Of a DNA stretch of 56,162 nt, positions 46,851-56,162 are shown in pieces. The notes beneath the pieces were generated by a model. It was not told the origin of the DNA. It did not search any database and saw only the letters and a program-made list of their open reading frames with translations. Position 1 is the first letter of the stretch, and every line of letters begins with the position of its first letter. Made by a program: the position numbers and the translations under genes. The stretch comes from an archaeon (GTDB lineage: Archaea > Nanobdellota > Nanobdellia > Woesearchaeales > GW2011-AR9): positions 1 through 56,162 of the forward strand of contig JBDRMB010000015.1 in the NCBI GenBank assembly GCA_043812455.1, in the 5' to 3' direction.

Positions 46851-48971
46851 ATGGTAGAGTTTGGTACTGGTTATATGACCCCTATGGACAGAGAATATAG
46901 TGCTTCTTCTATCTCTTCTACTCCTGAACAAGGAACAAATGATGTTGGTGTAACTGCAGGAGATATCGGGATGAGTTTTGGTTTAGGTCCTGTCCCAAAC
47001 GTCCCAGCAATCCAAGCTAAAATGAGAGCAGGTTCTAAAAAACTTGAACTTGACTTTATGGGTATGGGAAAAGGTAATGCTCAAGGTCATACTCCTGGAA
47101 TGTACGGTAAAAAACAACGACAAGCATTAAGAGAATCGGCTACCGCTAACAGAGTTGATTTTACTACACACTCTTCAGTTGGAGTTTATGGTTTAGCTGG
47201 CCAGGACAGACAAGGTAACTTTTCTCGAGAAGCGAAAGAAAATTCTGTACAAGAAATCAAACGAGCAATCGAATTTGCAGCAGATGTTGCTAAAGGTGGA
47301 CCTATTGTTGTGCATACTGGTGAATTTCAACGGCCGATTACAGATGCTGAATGGAACCAGAAAGGTCAGTTTGAAGCATATCCTGGTGAGGAACAACGGG
47401 CCAGTTATCGAGTAGTGGATACCAGAACTGGCGGTCTAGTTGCAGAAGCTAGGAAAGGTAAAACTGTAGCAAAACCTGTTTGGAATCGTTATGAAGAAAA
47501 AAATTCTGAAATGTGGAATCAGCATGGTGGTAGTAATTATGTTGATGAAAATGGAAATAGAGTAATGCCAGGAGATTATGTTGATTATTATGGAAACAAA
47601 ATTGATCGGGCAAACCGTGTGCCAGTATATGATAAGGAAGAAGGAATGTTTAAAGTACGTCAGGTTGGATGGGACGGTTTTCAATCTGAAGCTAAAGAAA
47701 TGACCACTGAGGCTAAACAAACTTGGCAAAAATGGAAAAATGGTGAGTTGAGCAGTGATGAGGTCAATAAATCAATGTGGCGACGATTTTTGAATCCTGA
47801 AGTTGTGGAAAGTGATGTTAAAGTAAGACCAGAAGAAGCTTACATCTTAGCAACTTTAGAAACTAATGCTGCTCATTCTAAAGGTTGGGCTTATTCTTAT
47901 AGTCGTGGTTTTGAAGATGATGTTAAACACATTAAAAAGTTGATTAAAGCTAAAGAGTTCTATAAAAAACTTGAAGAAGAAACTGATCCTGAAGAACAAT
48001 GGAGATTAAAAAAACAGGCTGATAGTTTAGCATTGGGTTTAGTTCCTACAGATGCTAAATTTCCTTCTGAGATTGTTGACCGTGAACTTCGAATGAGAGA
48101 AGCTAGCATGAAACAGGCTAAAGAAGCTGCAGCTTCGCAGTGGGCACAAGCTATGGAAAACGAAGAAACTATGAGAAATGTTCAAAGTGCTGACTCTTAT
48201 GCTATGACTGAAAGTTATGATGCTTATGCTAGAGCAGGAATGGCAGCTTTAACGCAAACTCAACAATTGAAAAAGAAAGGAGAATTGAAAAGACCTTTAT
48301 TTGTTGCGATGGAAAATCTTTTTCCAGAAAGTTATGGTTCACACCCTGACGAGATTATGAAAATTGTTGACGGGTCCAGGCACAGAATGCAGCAAATTCT
48401 CAAACAGCAAGGTTACCAAGAGAAAGAAGCGCAAAGGTTAGCTGAAGAAAGTTTGAAAATCACGTTTGATATTGGTCATATGAACATGTGGCGAAAGTAT
48501 TGGAAAGGTAATCCTCACAAATCTCCTGAACAAAACAATAAAGAGTTTGATAAATGGTGTATTGGTACTGTAGAAAATTTAGCTAAGAAAAATATGATTG
48601 GTCATGCTCACTTAGTTGACAATTATGGTTATCAAGATGATCATTTAGCTCCAGGTGAAGGTAATGCACCAATTAAAGAGTTTGTAAAAGTTTTGAAAAA
48701 GCACGGGTTTAAAGGTGATTTGATTGTTGAACCTGGTGCAGATTATACTACTGATAGTTCAGGATTTCATAGTATTATGAAAACCTGGAAATTTTTTGGC
48801 AGTCCTGTTTACGGTGTTGGTTCTGGTGGTGGAGGAGCAGCTCCAACAGGCAGAACATGGGGTTCAGTGCATTATAACCATTTCGGACAGACAGCACCAC
48901 CATACTTCTCATTCCCGCCTTATTCTCCTTCAGAAGACTGGACTCTATGGAGCGGAACACAGTTGGAGTAG
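46851..48971 (+). CDS. Xylose-isomerase-like / AP-endonuclease-2 TIM-barrel protein with a large insertion
   Basis: FTTH, IKRAIEFAADV..G.IVVHTG, AMEN, TFDIGH, HAHLVDNYG..DDHLAPGEG, IVE. Confidence 0.85.
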   Translation: MVEFGTGYMTPMDREYSASSISSTPEQGTNDVGVTAGDIGMSFGLGPVPNVPAIQAKMRAGSKKLELDFMGMGKGNAQGHTPGMYGKKQRQALRESATANRVDFTTHSSVGVYGLAGQDRQGNFSREAKENSVQEIKRAIEFAADVAKGGPIVVHTGEFQRPITDAEWNQKGQFEAYPGEEQRASYRVVDTRTGGLVAEARKGKTVAKPVWNRYEEKNSEMWNQHGGSNYVDENGNRVMPGDYVDYYGNKIDRANRVPVYDKEEGMFKVRQVGWDGFQSEAKEMTTEAKQTWQKWKNGELSSDEVNKSMWRRFLNPEVVESDVKVRPEEAYILATLETNAAHSKGWAYSYSRGFEDDVKHIKKLIKAKEFYKKLEEETDPEEQWRLKKQADSLALGLVPTDAKFPSEIVDRELRMREASMKQAKEAAASQWAQAMENEETMRNVQSADSYAMTESYDAYARAGMAALTQTQQLKKKGELKRPLFVAMENLFPESYGSHPDEIMKIVDGSRHRMQQILKQQGYQEKEAQRLAEESLKITFDIGHMNMWRKYWKGNPHKSPEQNNKEFDKWCIGTVENLAKKNMIGHAHLVDNYGYQDDHLAPGEGNAPIKEFVKVLKKHGFKGDLIVEPGADYTTDSSGFHSIMKTWKFFGSPVYGVGSGGGGAAPTGRTWGSVHYNHFGQTAPPYFSFPPYSPSEDWTLWSGTQLE

Positions 48972-48975
48972 GAAA

Positions 48976-49287
48976 ATGTATCAAATTTTTACGACTGAAG
49001 AATTTGACAAGCGTTATAAAAAATTAGATAAAAGCATTAAAAATGAAGTTGCAAAAGAAATAGATCAACTCGAAGAAAATCCTTATTCTGGGAAACCATT
49101 AGGCTATAAATTTTTTAGAGAAAAGAAAGTTAGAAATTATCGTTTTTATTATCTGATTTATGATGGATATGTTGTTGTATTTGTTATTACAATTAGCACT
49201 AAAAAAGATCAACAAGATGCTATTGATAAAATAAAAAGGCTGATTCCCTATTACCAAAAAGAAATTATTAAAAAACTTAATTTGTAG
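48976..49287 (+). CDS. RelE/ParE family toxin
   Basis: MYQIFTTEEFDKRYKKL...ENPYSGKPL...REKKVRNYRFYY; true start ATG 48976. Confidence 0.85.
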   Translation: MYQIFTTEEFDKRYKKLDKSIKNEVAKEIDQLEENPYSGKPLGYKFFREKKVRNYRFYYLIYDGYVVVFVITISTKKDQQDAIDKIKRLIPYYQKEIIKKLNL

Positions 49288-49423
49288 ATTTTTTCCAAGG
49301 CTTAATTCTACCTGCTTTTATATCTTCAAGACCTTTAACCAAAGAAACTAAAAGATCTTCATCTATTTCAACTTTTTGTTTTAACAAGTCATATTCTTCT
49401 TTTGGAATTGTAACGGTTTCCAT
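49277..49423 (-). CDS. Putative antitoxin (48 aa), not in ORF track
   Basis: METVTIPKEEYDLLKQKVEIDEDLLVSLVKGLEDIKAGRIKPWKKSTN; GLEDIKAGR tail typical of RelE-associated antitoxins; own TATA upstream. Confidence 0.75.
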   Translation of the reverse strand: METVTIPKEEYDLLKQKVEIDEDLLVSLVKGLEDIKAGRIKPWKKSTN

Positions 49424-49503
49424 GTTTAATTTGAAGTGCTCTGAAGTTTATATATTTTACTGCTTGTTTTTGAAAAGATTAAAAATTGAAATAAAATAAA
49501 AAA

Positions 49504-49779
49504 TTATTTCATATCTAACTTGTCCACAGTACCCAACTTAGTAAATGGGAATGGTCGTTTGTTGGTTGCAAAAGTAATGTATTTCAAGAATAGATACACT
49601 TGCTGGTTCCAGTTATGTGCAAACCCAGAAAGAGTTTTATTTCTCTTACCTGTTAAAATTACAACAACCCAATGAACTATCGTTAAAACTTTTACTAGTA
49701 TAAACCAGAAATATAAGATTATTCCAGTTACCACACATACAACAATTCTCATTAATGCTTCTAATCGTTCAGATGCCAT
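49504..49779 (-). CDS. DUF4389 family membrane protein
   Basis: WVVVILTGKR...YITFATNKRPFPF. Confidence 0.8.
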   Translation of the reverse strand: MASERLEALMRIVVCVVTGIILYFWFILVKVLTIVHWVVVILTGKRNKTLSGFAHNWNQQVYLFLKYITFATNKRPFPFTKLGTVDKLDMK

Positions 49780-50076
49780 TGTTATCACCTCTTAGTTTGA
49801 TACTTGCTTGATATTATCAGAAATGTTTTAGCATTAATAAAGGTTTACATAGATTAGTTCAAGAATTTCTATAAAATAAAAAGAAAAAAAATAATAAAAA
49901 GAGGCTTGGGTTTGTTTTAAAGAGGTTAATGACAATCAATAGGAGGTAACTATAATCATCATCTTGTTATAATAAAATGGCTACTTCTTTATAAATAGGT
50001 TGAATACTATATAAAGAAGACTAATTAAGAAAAAAGACCCACAAACCTTTTAAATGGTTTTTGCAATTAAAGGTAA

Positions 50077-50099
50077 AGTATAACTCGCGAGTAGATACT
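50077..50099. promoter_or_regulatory. Palindromic candidate operator
   Basis: Perfect ACTCGCGAGT (50083-50092) flanked by AGTAT/ATACT, between TTTTAAAT and the 50130 start. Confidence 0.45.
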
Positions 50100-50129
50100 A
50101 ATTGTATAAAATATGGGTGGGAATAGGCA

Positions 50130-50840
50130 ATGTTTACTTTATTTGAGACACCAATTTGGTTTAGTGGTATAGATTTAGTGTTTGATGCTATTACTATTCT
50201 AATTGCTTTACTGATTGCTGGTTATAGCTGGAAAGTTGCAAAGTTGTGTAATGAAAATAAGTATAAATATTTTTCATTTGTGTTTATATTAGTAGCAATT
50301 GCTTTCATGTTCAAACTGGGAACTTCAGCGACATTATATTATTCTTCAATACGAGAAGTTGCAGACCATACTCTTAGACCATTAACACAAGGTATCGTAA
50401 CATATAATGACTTATTGTATAGGTTTGGATATTTCATGCAGATGGCTTCTTTACTTGGAGCTTGGCTGTTAGTATTTTTTGTTTCACAGAAATCTCGGGA
50501 CCGATTAAAGAAATATTATGAAGTTGCTCAAATGGGCTTATTTGTATACTTAGTAACTTTATTAGCAATTGTTGCTACTTTCAAACCATTTGTGTTCTAT
50601 CTGACAGCAACAGTAATATTGTCCATGGTTGTATTAAATTATTATAAAAATTACTTGAACAGCGGTAAGAAATGGAACAGTATGTTAGTTATGTTATCAT
50701 TTTTTTTTATTTTATTAGGACACGTGTTTTTTACATTTTTGTTTATCTGGAACGGGTTTTACATTCCAGGAGAATTATTTATGTTGGCGGGATTTTTGAT
50801 GATATTTTATGTTTATAGAAAAATTGTAGGTTCAAATTAA
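50130..50840 (+). CDS. Integral membrane protein (about 7 TM)
   Basis: Hydrophobic helices; 5 nt upstream of a wHTH gene. Confidence 0.75.
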   Translation: MFTLFETPIWFSGIDLVFDAITILIALLIAGYSWKVAKLCNENKYKYFSFVFILVAIAFMFKLGTSATLYYSSIREVADHTLRPLTQGIVTYNDLLYRFGYFMQMASLLGAWLLVFFVSQKSRDRLKKYYEVAQMGLFVYLVTLLAIVATFKPFVFYLTATVILSMVVLNYYKNYLNSGKKWNSMLVMLSFFFILLGHVFFTFLFIWNGFYIPGELFMLAGFLMIFYVYRKIVGSN

Positions 50841-50845
50841 TTTTT

Positions 50846-51130
50846 ATGGCAGGTAGAAGATCTAGATTGGAATTGGTATTTGACATCTTAGTATCTATCC
50901 AAAACAAAGGTGGTAAGATTAAACCTACTCATTTGATGTACAAGTCTAACTTATCTCATAAACTGCTTAATGCTTATTTGGAAGAACTTATCGGTAAAGA
51001 AATGGTAGAAATAAGAGAAGTAACAGCTAAGAAAAGTACTTCTAAGATGGTACATATTACTGATAAGGGTTTAGGTTTTCTAGCAGAGTTTAGGAGAATG
51101 CGTGAGTTCACTGACGCGTTTGGGTTGTAA
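50846..51130 (+). CDS. Archaeal winged-helix regulator (HTH_45-like)
   Basis: RRSRLELVFDIL, KPTHLMYKSNLS, ITDKG. Confidence 0.88.
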   Translation: MAGRRSRLELVFDILVSIQNKGGKIKPTHLMYKSNLSHKLLNAYLEELIGKEMVEIREVTAKKSTSKMVHITDKGLGFLAEFRRMREFTDAFGL

Positions 51131-51164
51131 ACTCTTATATAATTAATATCAATTTCATGCTCAA

Positions 51165-51833
51165 ATGAAGAAAATTATCTGCGGTGTGGATGAAGCCGGT
51201 AAAGGCTGTGTAATCGGTCCTTTAGTTATGGTAGCTCTTTCTGTTGATGAAGAAGGTGAAAAGAAATTAAAATGGATGGGCGTTAAAGATAGTAAGTTAC
51301 TTAGTAAGGAAGCTCGTGAAGAATTGTTTGAACGGATCCGTGAAGTTGTGGTTGATTTTCGAGTTGAAGTAATTGAACCTGACGCAATTGACCATTCTTT
51401 ACGTGACGTGAATTCTAATTTAAATTGGTTGGAAGCAGAAACTGCAGCACGGATGGTATCTGAATTAGGACCAGATAAAATAATTATTGATTGTCCGAGT
51501 ACTAACATTCCAGCGTATCAAGCATATTTTGAATCGCGGTTAAGTGAAGGTGTACGAACTAATTCTGAAATTCTGATGGAACATAAAGCAGATATGAACC
51601 ATGTTGTAGTTGCAGCAGCTTCAGTGATTGCAAAAGTTATCCGTGATTGGCAAGTTGATAAGATCCGTGATGATGTTGGTGTAGATTTTGGTTCTGGATA
51701 TATGTCAGATGAAAAGACCCAAAATTTCTTGCGTGATTATCATGACAAGTTTCCTGAAATCTTTAGACAAACTTGGAAATCTTTCAAACGTGTTGAGGAT
51801 GAAAAGAAGCAGAGTAAGTTGGGAGATTTTTGA
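51165..51833 (+). CDS. rnhB: Ribonuclease HII
   Basis: GVDEAGKGCVIGPLV, GVKDSKLL, HKAD...VAAASVIAKV.RD, FGSGY.SD. Confidence 0.96.
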   Translation: MKKIICGVDEAGKGCVIGPLVMVALSVDEEGEKKLKWMGVKDSKLLSKEAREELFERIREVVVDFRVEVIEPDAIDHSLRDVNSNLNWLEAETAARMVSELGPDKIIIDCPSTNIPAYQAYFESRLSEGVRTNSEILMEHKADMNHVVVAAASVIAKVIRDWQVDKIRDDVGVDFGSGYMSDEKTQNFLRDYHDKFPEIFRQTWKSFKRVEDEKKQSKLGDF

Positions 51834-51834
51834 A

Positions 51835-52899
51835 TTATTCTTTTGGAACTAAATATATCTCATTACTTTCTAACATGTTCCTTAAAGTAGCATTAAAGTC
51901 AACTCGTTGATTAGTCATGCCGGGAAAATGCTTGTTGAATAGTTCAAAAGCTTCTAATTCAAGTCGACTGTCGTTGAATAGACCTTCATCTCTCATTCTT
52001 TCGTAATGTTGATTGAAATGGACAGTGTCGGCAAAACCGGCTCCTAAAATAATAGCTCCTTGATCACTGACAATTATTCCTTCTCCAGGACTTAGTTTTT
52101 GGGCGATTGTCTGATCTCCTGAATCTTTCTTTTTCATTCCACTGAAATATCCTTCTTCATCAAAGAAAGCAGTCCATCTTACTTTATCATGTTTGAAATG
52201 TATTGTAAAATCTTTGCTTTTTTCGCCAAAGCGATTACTTGGTTGATACATCCAACTAAATTCTGCCCTACAAGATTCAACAGTTTCAAATCCTCCCGAA
52301 AAATATCTGATCTTTTCTTCAGTTGTAGAGACTCCCACTCTAAGACTACTAATATAACCCTCTAGATCTCCAAAAATTGAATATTTGATATCTGTTTTGG
52401 TTGCTCTTGACCTTTTTTCAGTATCTGTTCCTAAACTCACTTTTTCTTTACTTCTCAAAAATACTGGTGCTTGCCAATAATTCGGATCTGCGTAAGGGAT
52501 CACAAAGTTATGAGGTAAATCAACTTCTACACCTTTATTAACAAGTTCTCCGTCTTGATTAGTTTCAAATTTAAATGGTTTGATATCAACAATTTCACCT
52601 GTTTTTTCGTTAACTGGAACTCCATAAAAAACACCATTTTCATATTTTGCTAGTGCAAATAAATGATCTTCACCTTGAACTGAAATTTTTTCACAAGAGA
52701 CTTCTGTAATTTTTGTATCCATAATTTCTGCAAATATGTTTTGATACATTCCTATTTGTGCAAAGAGAGCTTGGAATTGGTCAGGAAACTTTTCTTGAAG
52801 AGATTCTATGGGTTTTTTAAAATCAATATCACTATTTGAATTAGTAATGTCTTCTAAAGTTACAGTATTTCCTTCTTGTAAATTTTCCAATTTATTCAT
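51835..52899 (-). CDS. Hypothetical protein
   Basis: ORF track; ATG 52899 preferred as start. Confidence 0.7.
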   Translation of the reverse strand: MNKLENLQEGNTVTLEDITNSNSDIDFKKPIESLQEKFPDQFQALFAQIGMYQNIFAEIMDTKITEVSCEKISVQGEDHLFALAKYENGVFYGVPVNEKTGEIVDIKPFKFETNQDGELVNKGVEVDLPHNFVIPYADPNYWQAPVFLRSKEKVSLGTDTEKRSRATKTDIKYSIFGDLEGYISSLRVGVSTTEEKIRYFSGGFETVESCRAEFSWMYQPSNRFGEKSKDFTIHFKHDKVRWTAFFDEEGYFSGMKKKDSGDQTIAQKLSPGEGIIVSDQGAIILGAGFADTVHFNQHYERMRDEGLFNDSRLELEAFELFNKHFPGMTNQRVDFNATLRNMLESNEIYLVPKE

Positions 52900-53015
52900 T
52901 TTCAATATAAAATAAATGATCTCTATATAAATCTTTCGATGATTAATCACTGGTGAGTAACAAATTCTCTTGAAACGAAACCCTTAAAAACCACTCCTTT
53001 TCCCATCTGACTGAA

Positions 53016-53297
53016 ATGAACAAAAAAGGTGCAGCGTTGATGTTGGGAGTGATACTTCTTTTAGGTGTGATTATTTTGGTAGTTGTAGCCTCAAACTTAG
53101 CGTTGAGAGAATGTAATAACAACAGCGAATGTCCTAGAGATCATTATTGTAGCAGTAATCATGAATGTCGGCCTTATCCAGAAGAAGTTGTAGTGAGAAA
53201 CAATACTAACCTCTTGGCAGCAATTATCTTAGGAGCTTCAATGATTACAGCAGCAATTATTTGGAAGAAGAAGGATAAGGAAAAAGTAAATCCATAA
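53016..53297 (+). CDS. Small membrane protein with class III signal-peptide-like start and Cys-rich loop
   Basis: MNKKG|AALMLGV, ECNNNSECPRDHYCSSNHEC, C-terminal TM helix. Confidence 0.7.
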   Translation: MNKKGAALMLGVILLLGVIILVVVASNLALRECNNNSECPRDHYCSSNHECRPYPEEVVVRNNTNLLAAIILGASMITAAIIWKKKDKEKVNP

Positions 53298-53352
53298 TTT
53301 AAAGAAATAAAATTGATATAATAAAAACGAAAAAAAATAATAAAAATTTAAT

Positions 53353-55089
53353 CTAATTCACCAATCCTAAAAAGAATGAAGAAATTCCAAACTTAATTTT
53401 CTTCATTGTGCCTACAGCTTTTATCACAATCCTGCCGTCGTCCAGTGCTTCAGTAATAATGCTTGGGTCTTTTTCAAGTTCTTCCAATACTGATTGGGAA
53501 GTGTAGATGTAAACTGTCGGTTCAAAACTGGAATCTCCTGAACAAGAGTCAAACTGTTCAACAATACCTTCATTAATTACGGTGCAGTAAACTAAATCAT
53601 CGTCATAATCTAAACTAATTCTGAAGATAATACGTTCATTTTTCATTACCATGCTTAAGGTATCTGGTAATTGTTGACCTAACATTGAATCTCGGAGTCC
53701 ATCAATCTTAGTTTCTGTGAAAGCATCATACTGTTGTAATTTTTGTTTGGTCTCCTGTTTCTTTTCTTTAACATTTTTAGGACCAAGGTCAACTACGGTA
53801 GAATCTTTATCAAATACTTCCATCGGTGGCAGTTCTTCTTCCTCTTCTTGTTGTTCAAAAGGGATGTCACCTAAATGCTGAACTACAAAACCTAAATTTC
53901 TGTTAAATCTAAATCCTTCCATTGAGGGTGGGGTTTGTGATCCTTGCTGTTGGTTCTGTCCAGATGTTGAAGGTCCTTGTTGCTGATTCTGCTGGCCAGC
54001 GCTAGGTAGTTGCGTAGGTTCAGGATTAGCGGCAATAAATTCAGCAACTTCACGGTCACCAACATATACAGTACTGCAAGAGTCGCGCAGTTCTGGCTTT
54101 AATGCATAGCTGCCTGTTGTAACTTCACAAGCGTATTCTCTTCGGTATTGAAAATTTTGGTTAATAACAACACCATAATTTATCGTGCCAATCCGGTTAG
54201 CATTATAATCACCATAAGCACCATAACCACATGAAGTATAATCTACAGCACAAACATCTCCAAGGTCATGTTTTGCAATTGGTTGCTGGCAAACTTGATC
54301 TCTTGTAGCAAGGAATTGATCTTTATCTTGCTGAGTCAAATATGTCGTAGGGCACTGTTCCCATTCGTATGTTCCGTCTTGTGAATTTGTAGGGAATTGT
54401 ACTAAAGTGTTCTCTCCTCGCCAAGTGTTTACCCAAGATACTTGACAGACTGCCTTATTCATCCCGTTAATTTTTTTCTTACCAACAATACCGTCAGCGT
54501 AACAGGAATAGTCCCAATAATATGCCCGATGCCTTGGTTGTGAATTTGTACTTTCATCAGGGCAGTTTGTGAAATCGATGATACATTCATCTCCCATATA
54601 CACTCCTTCTGGTAGCGGTGGTTCTTCAAGTACAATTTGTAAAGTTGCTGCAATTTCGTTTTCAGTTAAAGCTCCGCCAGGGCCTCCACCACCGCCAGGA
54701 TTATTATTTTGTAATGTGTCAATCCTTTCTTTAAATCTGTCAAATACGGCGTCAGGGTCATGGCCATACTCCACAGCTAAAACAATAATGCCTGCTGGTG
54801 TAGTTACAGAAGATGCTAAAGTTAATAAGTTATTAAATTCTATTACAATCTCTGCAACTGCTTCAACATCTTCAATAACTCTATTAAGTTCTCTACCAAT
54901 TCTGGTGTTATCAAGTTCATCTTGAATTTGATCACCTAAATCTTGAAAGAATTCACTGATCGGATCCAAAATTGGATCAAGAAAACCGGCCTCTGCTTGT
55001 TGTGGAACTAAAGAAAAAATCAGGACAAAAATGATTGGAAGAATCAAAAGTTTTTTAGAGTTAAATTTTATTTTTTGTTTGTCAAACAT
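53353..55089 (-). CDS. Secreted Cys-rich surface protein
   Basis: Signal peptide ending QAEA; two GDxC..D.T.C modules; Q-rich linker; SD GAGGTG before ATG 55089. Confidence 0.75.
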   Translation of the reverse strand: MFDKQKIKFNSKKLLILPIIFVLIFSLVPQQAEAGFLDPILDPISEFFQDLGDQIQDELDNTRIGRELNRVIEDVEAVAEIVIEFNNLLTLASSVTTPAGIIVLAVEYGHDPDAVFDRFKERIDTLQNNNPGGGGGPGGALTENEIAATLQIVLEEPPLPEGVYMGDECIIDFTNCPDESTNSQPRHRAYYWDYSCYADGIVGKKKINGMNKAVCQVSWVNTWRGENTLVQFPTNSQDGTYEWEQCPTTYLTQQDKDQFLATRDQVCQQPIAKHDLGDVCAVDYTSCGYGAYGDYNANRIGTINYGVVINQNFQYRREYACEVTTGSYALKPELRDSCSTVYVGDREVAEFIAANPEPTQLPSAGQQNQQQGPSTSGQNQQQGSQTPPSMEGFRFNRNLGFVVQHLGDIPFEQQEEEEELPPMEVFDKDSTVVDLGPKNVKEKKQETKQKLQQYDAFTETKIDGLRDSMLGQQLPDTLSMVMKNERIIFRISLDYDDDLVYCTVINEGIVEQFDSCSGDSSFEPTVYIYTSQSVLEELEKDPSIITEALDDGRIVIKAVGTMKKIKFGISSFFLGLVN

Positions 55090-55192
55090 ATCCTGCACCT
55101 CTTTATTATAAATTTATTATTTAAAATCTAGTTGTATTAAGAAAAGTTAGTTTAGTATAAAAAGGTTAGGTAAATTTATTTTTGTCTTTAAG

Positions 55193-55975
55193 TTAAGAAT
55201 CTAAGAGTCTAACTTGTCTGATTCTAATATAATCCATTGCTCTCACTCCATCAAAAAAATCTTTACATGCTCTGTCTCCTACAGTCTCAAGTTCTATACC
55301 TCCTGTTACTATTACAGTAGATCCTGTTTTATAAGCAGCTTCCAAATTTTCTAAGTCAGATCTTTCTGAGAGCAAGAAAGGGTTAGGACTTACTAAAATA
55401 TGGTGGCCATGTGGACGAGTATCCAATGCCCATTCTTCATGTTGTGATTCACCAGCAATTTTTCCCAAGATTGGAATCATTTGAATCCCGTTATGTAAAT
55501 ATGCTGCGTAAGTTGTTCCAGATTCTGGAGAAGATTCTTTAACAAGTCCGTGGATAATACCACAATGTTCTGTTCCAGAAAATTCAGTTGAATAAGGGTC
55601 ATTAAACTTAGCATCAAAAACTTCTAGAAATTTTTCTTCACACAATTCTCCTGGCCTAGTTAATAAAGTAACTTTAATTCCAAGCTCAGAAGCAGCAATA
55701 AGTAAAGCTTCCTCTAATAAACCTGGTTTCATATCTGGTAAAGGTCCTATATATTTAGTAGTTTTATTTCTTATTTGATAGTCTCTTTCAGAAGTACTTA
55801 ATGTCGCTACATAATTTCTATCACCAGTAAATATTGGTTCTTCAATGGTAAGATCTCTAGGAATGCCTACTATTTTTGTTGTATTTTGATATGCCTCTTG
55901 ATATCTTTTTGAGTGTCTTGCCGCCAATTCTGCAAAGGGATCTTGTACTACTGGAGAAGTTGTATGTCCAACCAT
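55193..55975 (-). CDS. Hypothetical protein
   Basis: ORF track; TATA-like sequence upstream. Confidence 0.7.
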   Translation of the reverse strand: MVGHTTSPVVQDPFAELAARHSKRYQEAYQNTTKIVGIPRDLTIEEPIFTGDRNYVATLSTSERDYQIRNKTTKYIGPLPDMKPGLLEEALLIAASELGIKVTLLTRPGELCEEKFLEVFDAKFNDPYSTEFSGTEHCGIIHGLVKESSPESGTTYAAYLHNGIQMIPILGKIAGESQHEEWALDTRPHGHHILVSPNPFLLSERSDLENLEAAYKTGSTVIVTGGIELETVGDRACKDFFDGVRAMDYIRIRQVRLLDS

Positions 55976-56024
55976 ATTTAAAGAGTGAAACTGTGTTGGT
56001 ATATAAAAATTACTTTATTAGAGG

Positions 56025-56162
56025 CTAATATGAAACCCTAATAATTCTGATGAATATCAAAATTATTTCATTTTCGATTCTTAGTATTCTGTCGATATTG
56101 TAAGCAATAACTCTTGTTAGAATCTCTACTTTTTGTATTTTATCGATTCTTGATTTGACGTT
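56025..56162 (-). mobile_element. C-terminal fragment of an IS5/IS4-like DDE transposase (5' part outside the window)
   Basis: Manual translation NVKSRIDKIQKVEILTRVIAYNIDRIL...SY*, matching the V.SR....Q..E......AYN tail that follows the catalytic Glu in such transposases. Confidence 0.65.

Noticed and set aside
48796-48975. N-terminal extension of the RelE ORF in the track
   Set aside because: It overlaps the TIM-barrel gene; the RelE fold begins at ATG 48976. Similar over-extensions were trimmed for rpl21e, rpl35ae and rnhC.

Overview
AT-rich archaeal chromosomal segment. Rpo4, L21e, L35Ae, Dph2, CarS, Elp3 and SepF together with GrpE-DnaK-DnaJ and many lineage-specific hypotheticals suggest a DPANN archaeon, most plausibly Woesearchaeota-like (inference). 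Both window ends are truncated DDE transposase genes that the ORF track missed. I also found several small ORFs absent from the track: a zinc ribbon, an RHH protein, an antitoxin and a Lys/Cys-rich peptide. Main highlights: (1) a class II (B12) ribonucleotide-reductase homolog that keeps the thiyl-radical Cys and Glu but has BOTH redox-active cysteines replaced by Val, directly upstream of a CobO adenosyltransferase carrying a Cys-rich insertion; (2) a tRNA-Val(GAC) gene split by three BHB-type introns; (3) a non-coding structured element present twice about 32.5 kb apart, with conserved core sequence and fully compensated stems, plus other long intergenic hairpins; (4) a 699-aa LAGLIDADG+HTH intein in the P-loop of a HerA-like ATPase. 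All family calls come from motif recognition by eye; no database searches were run.
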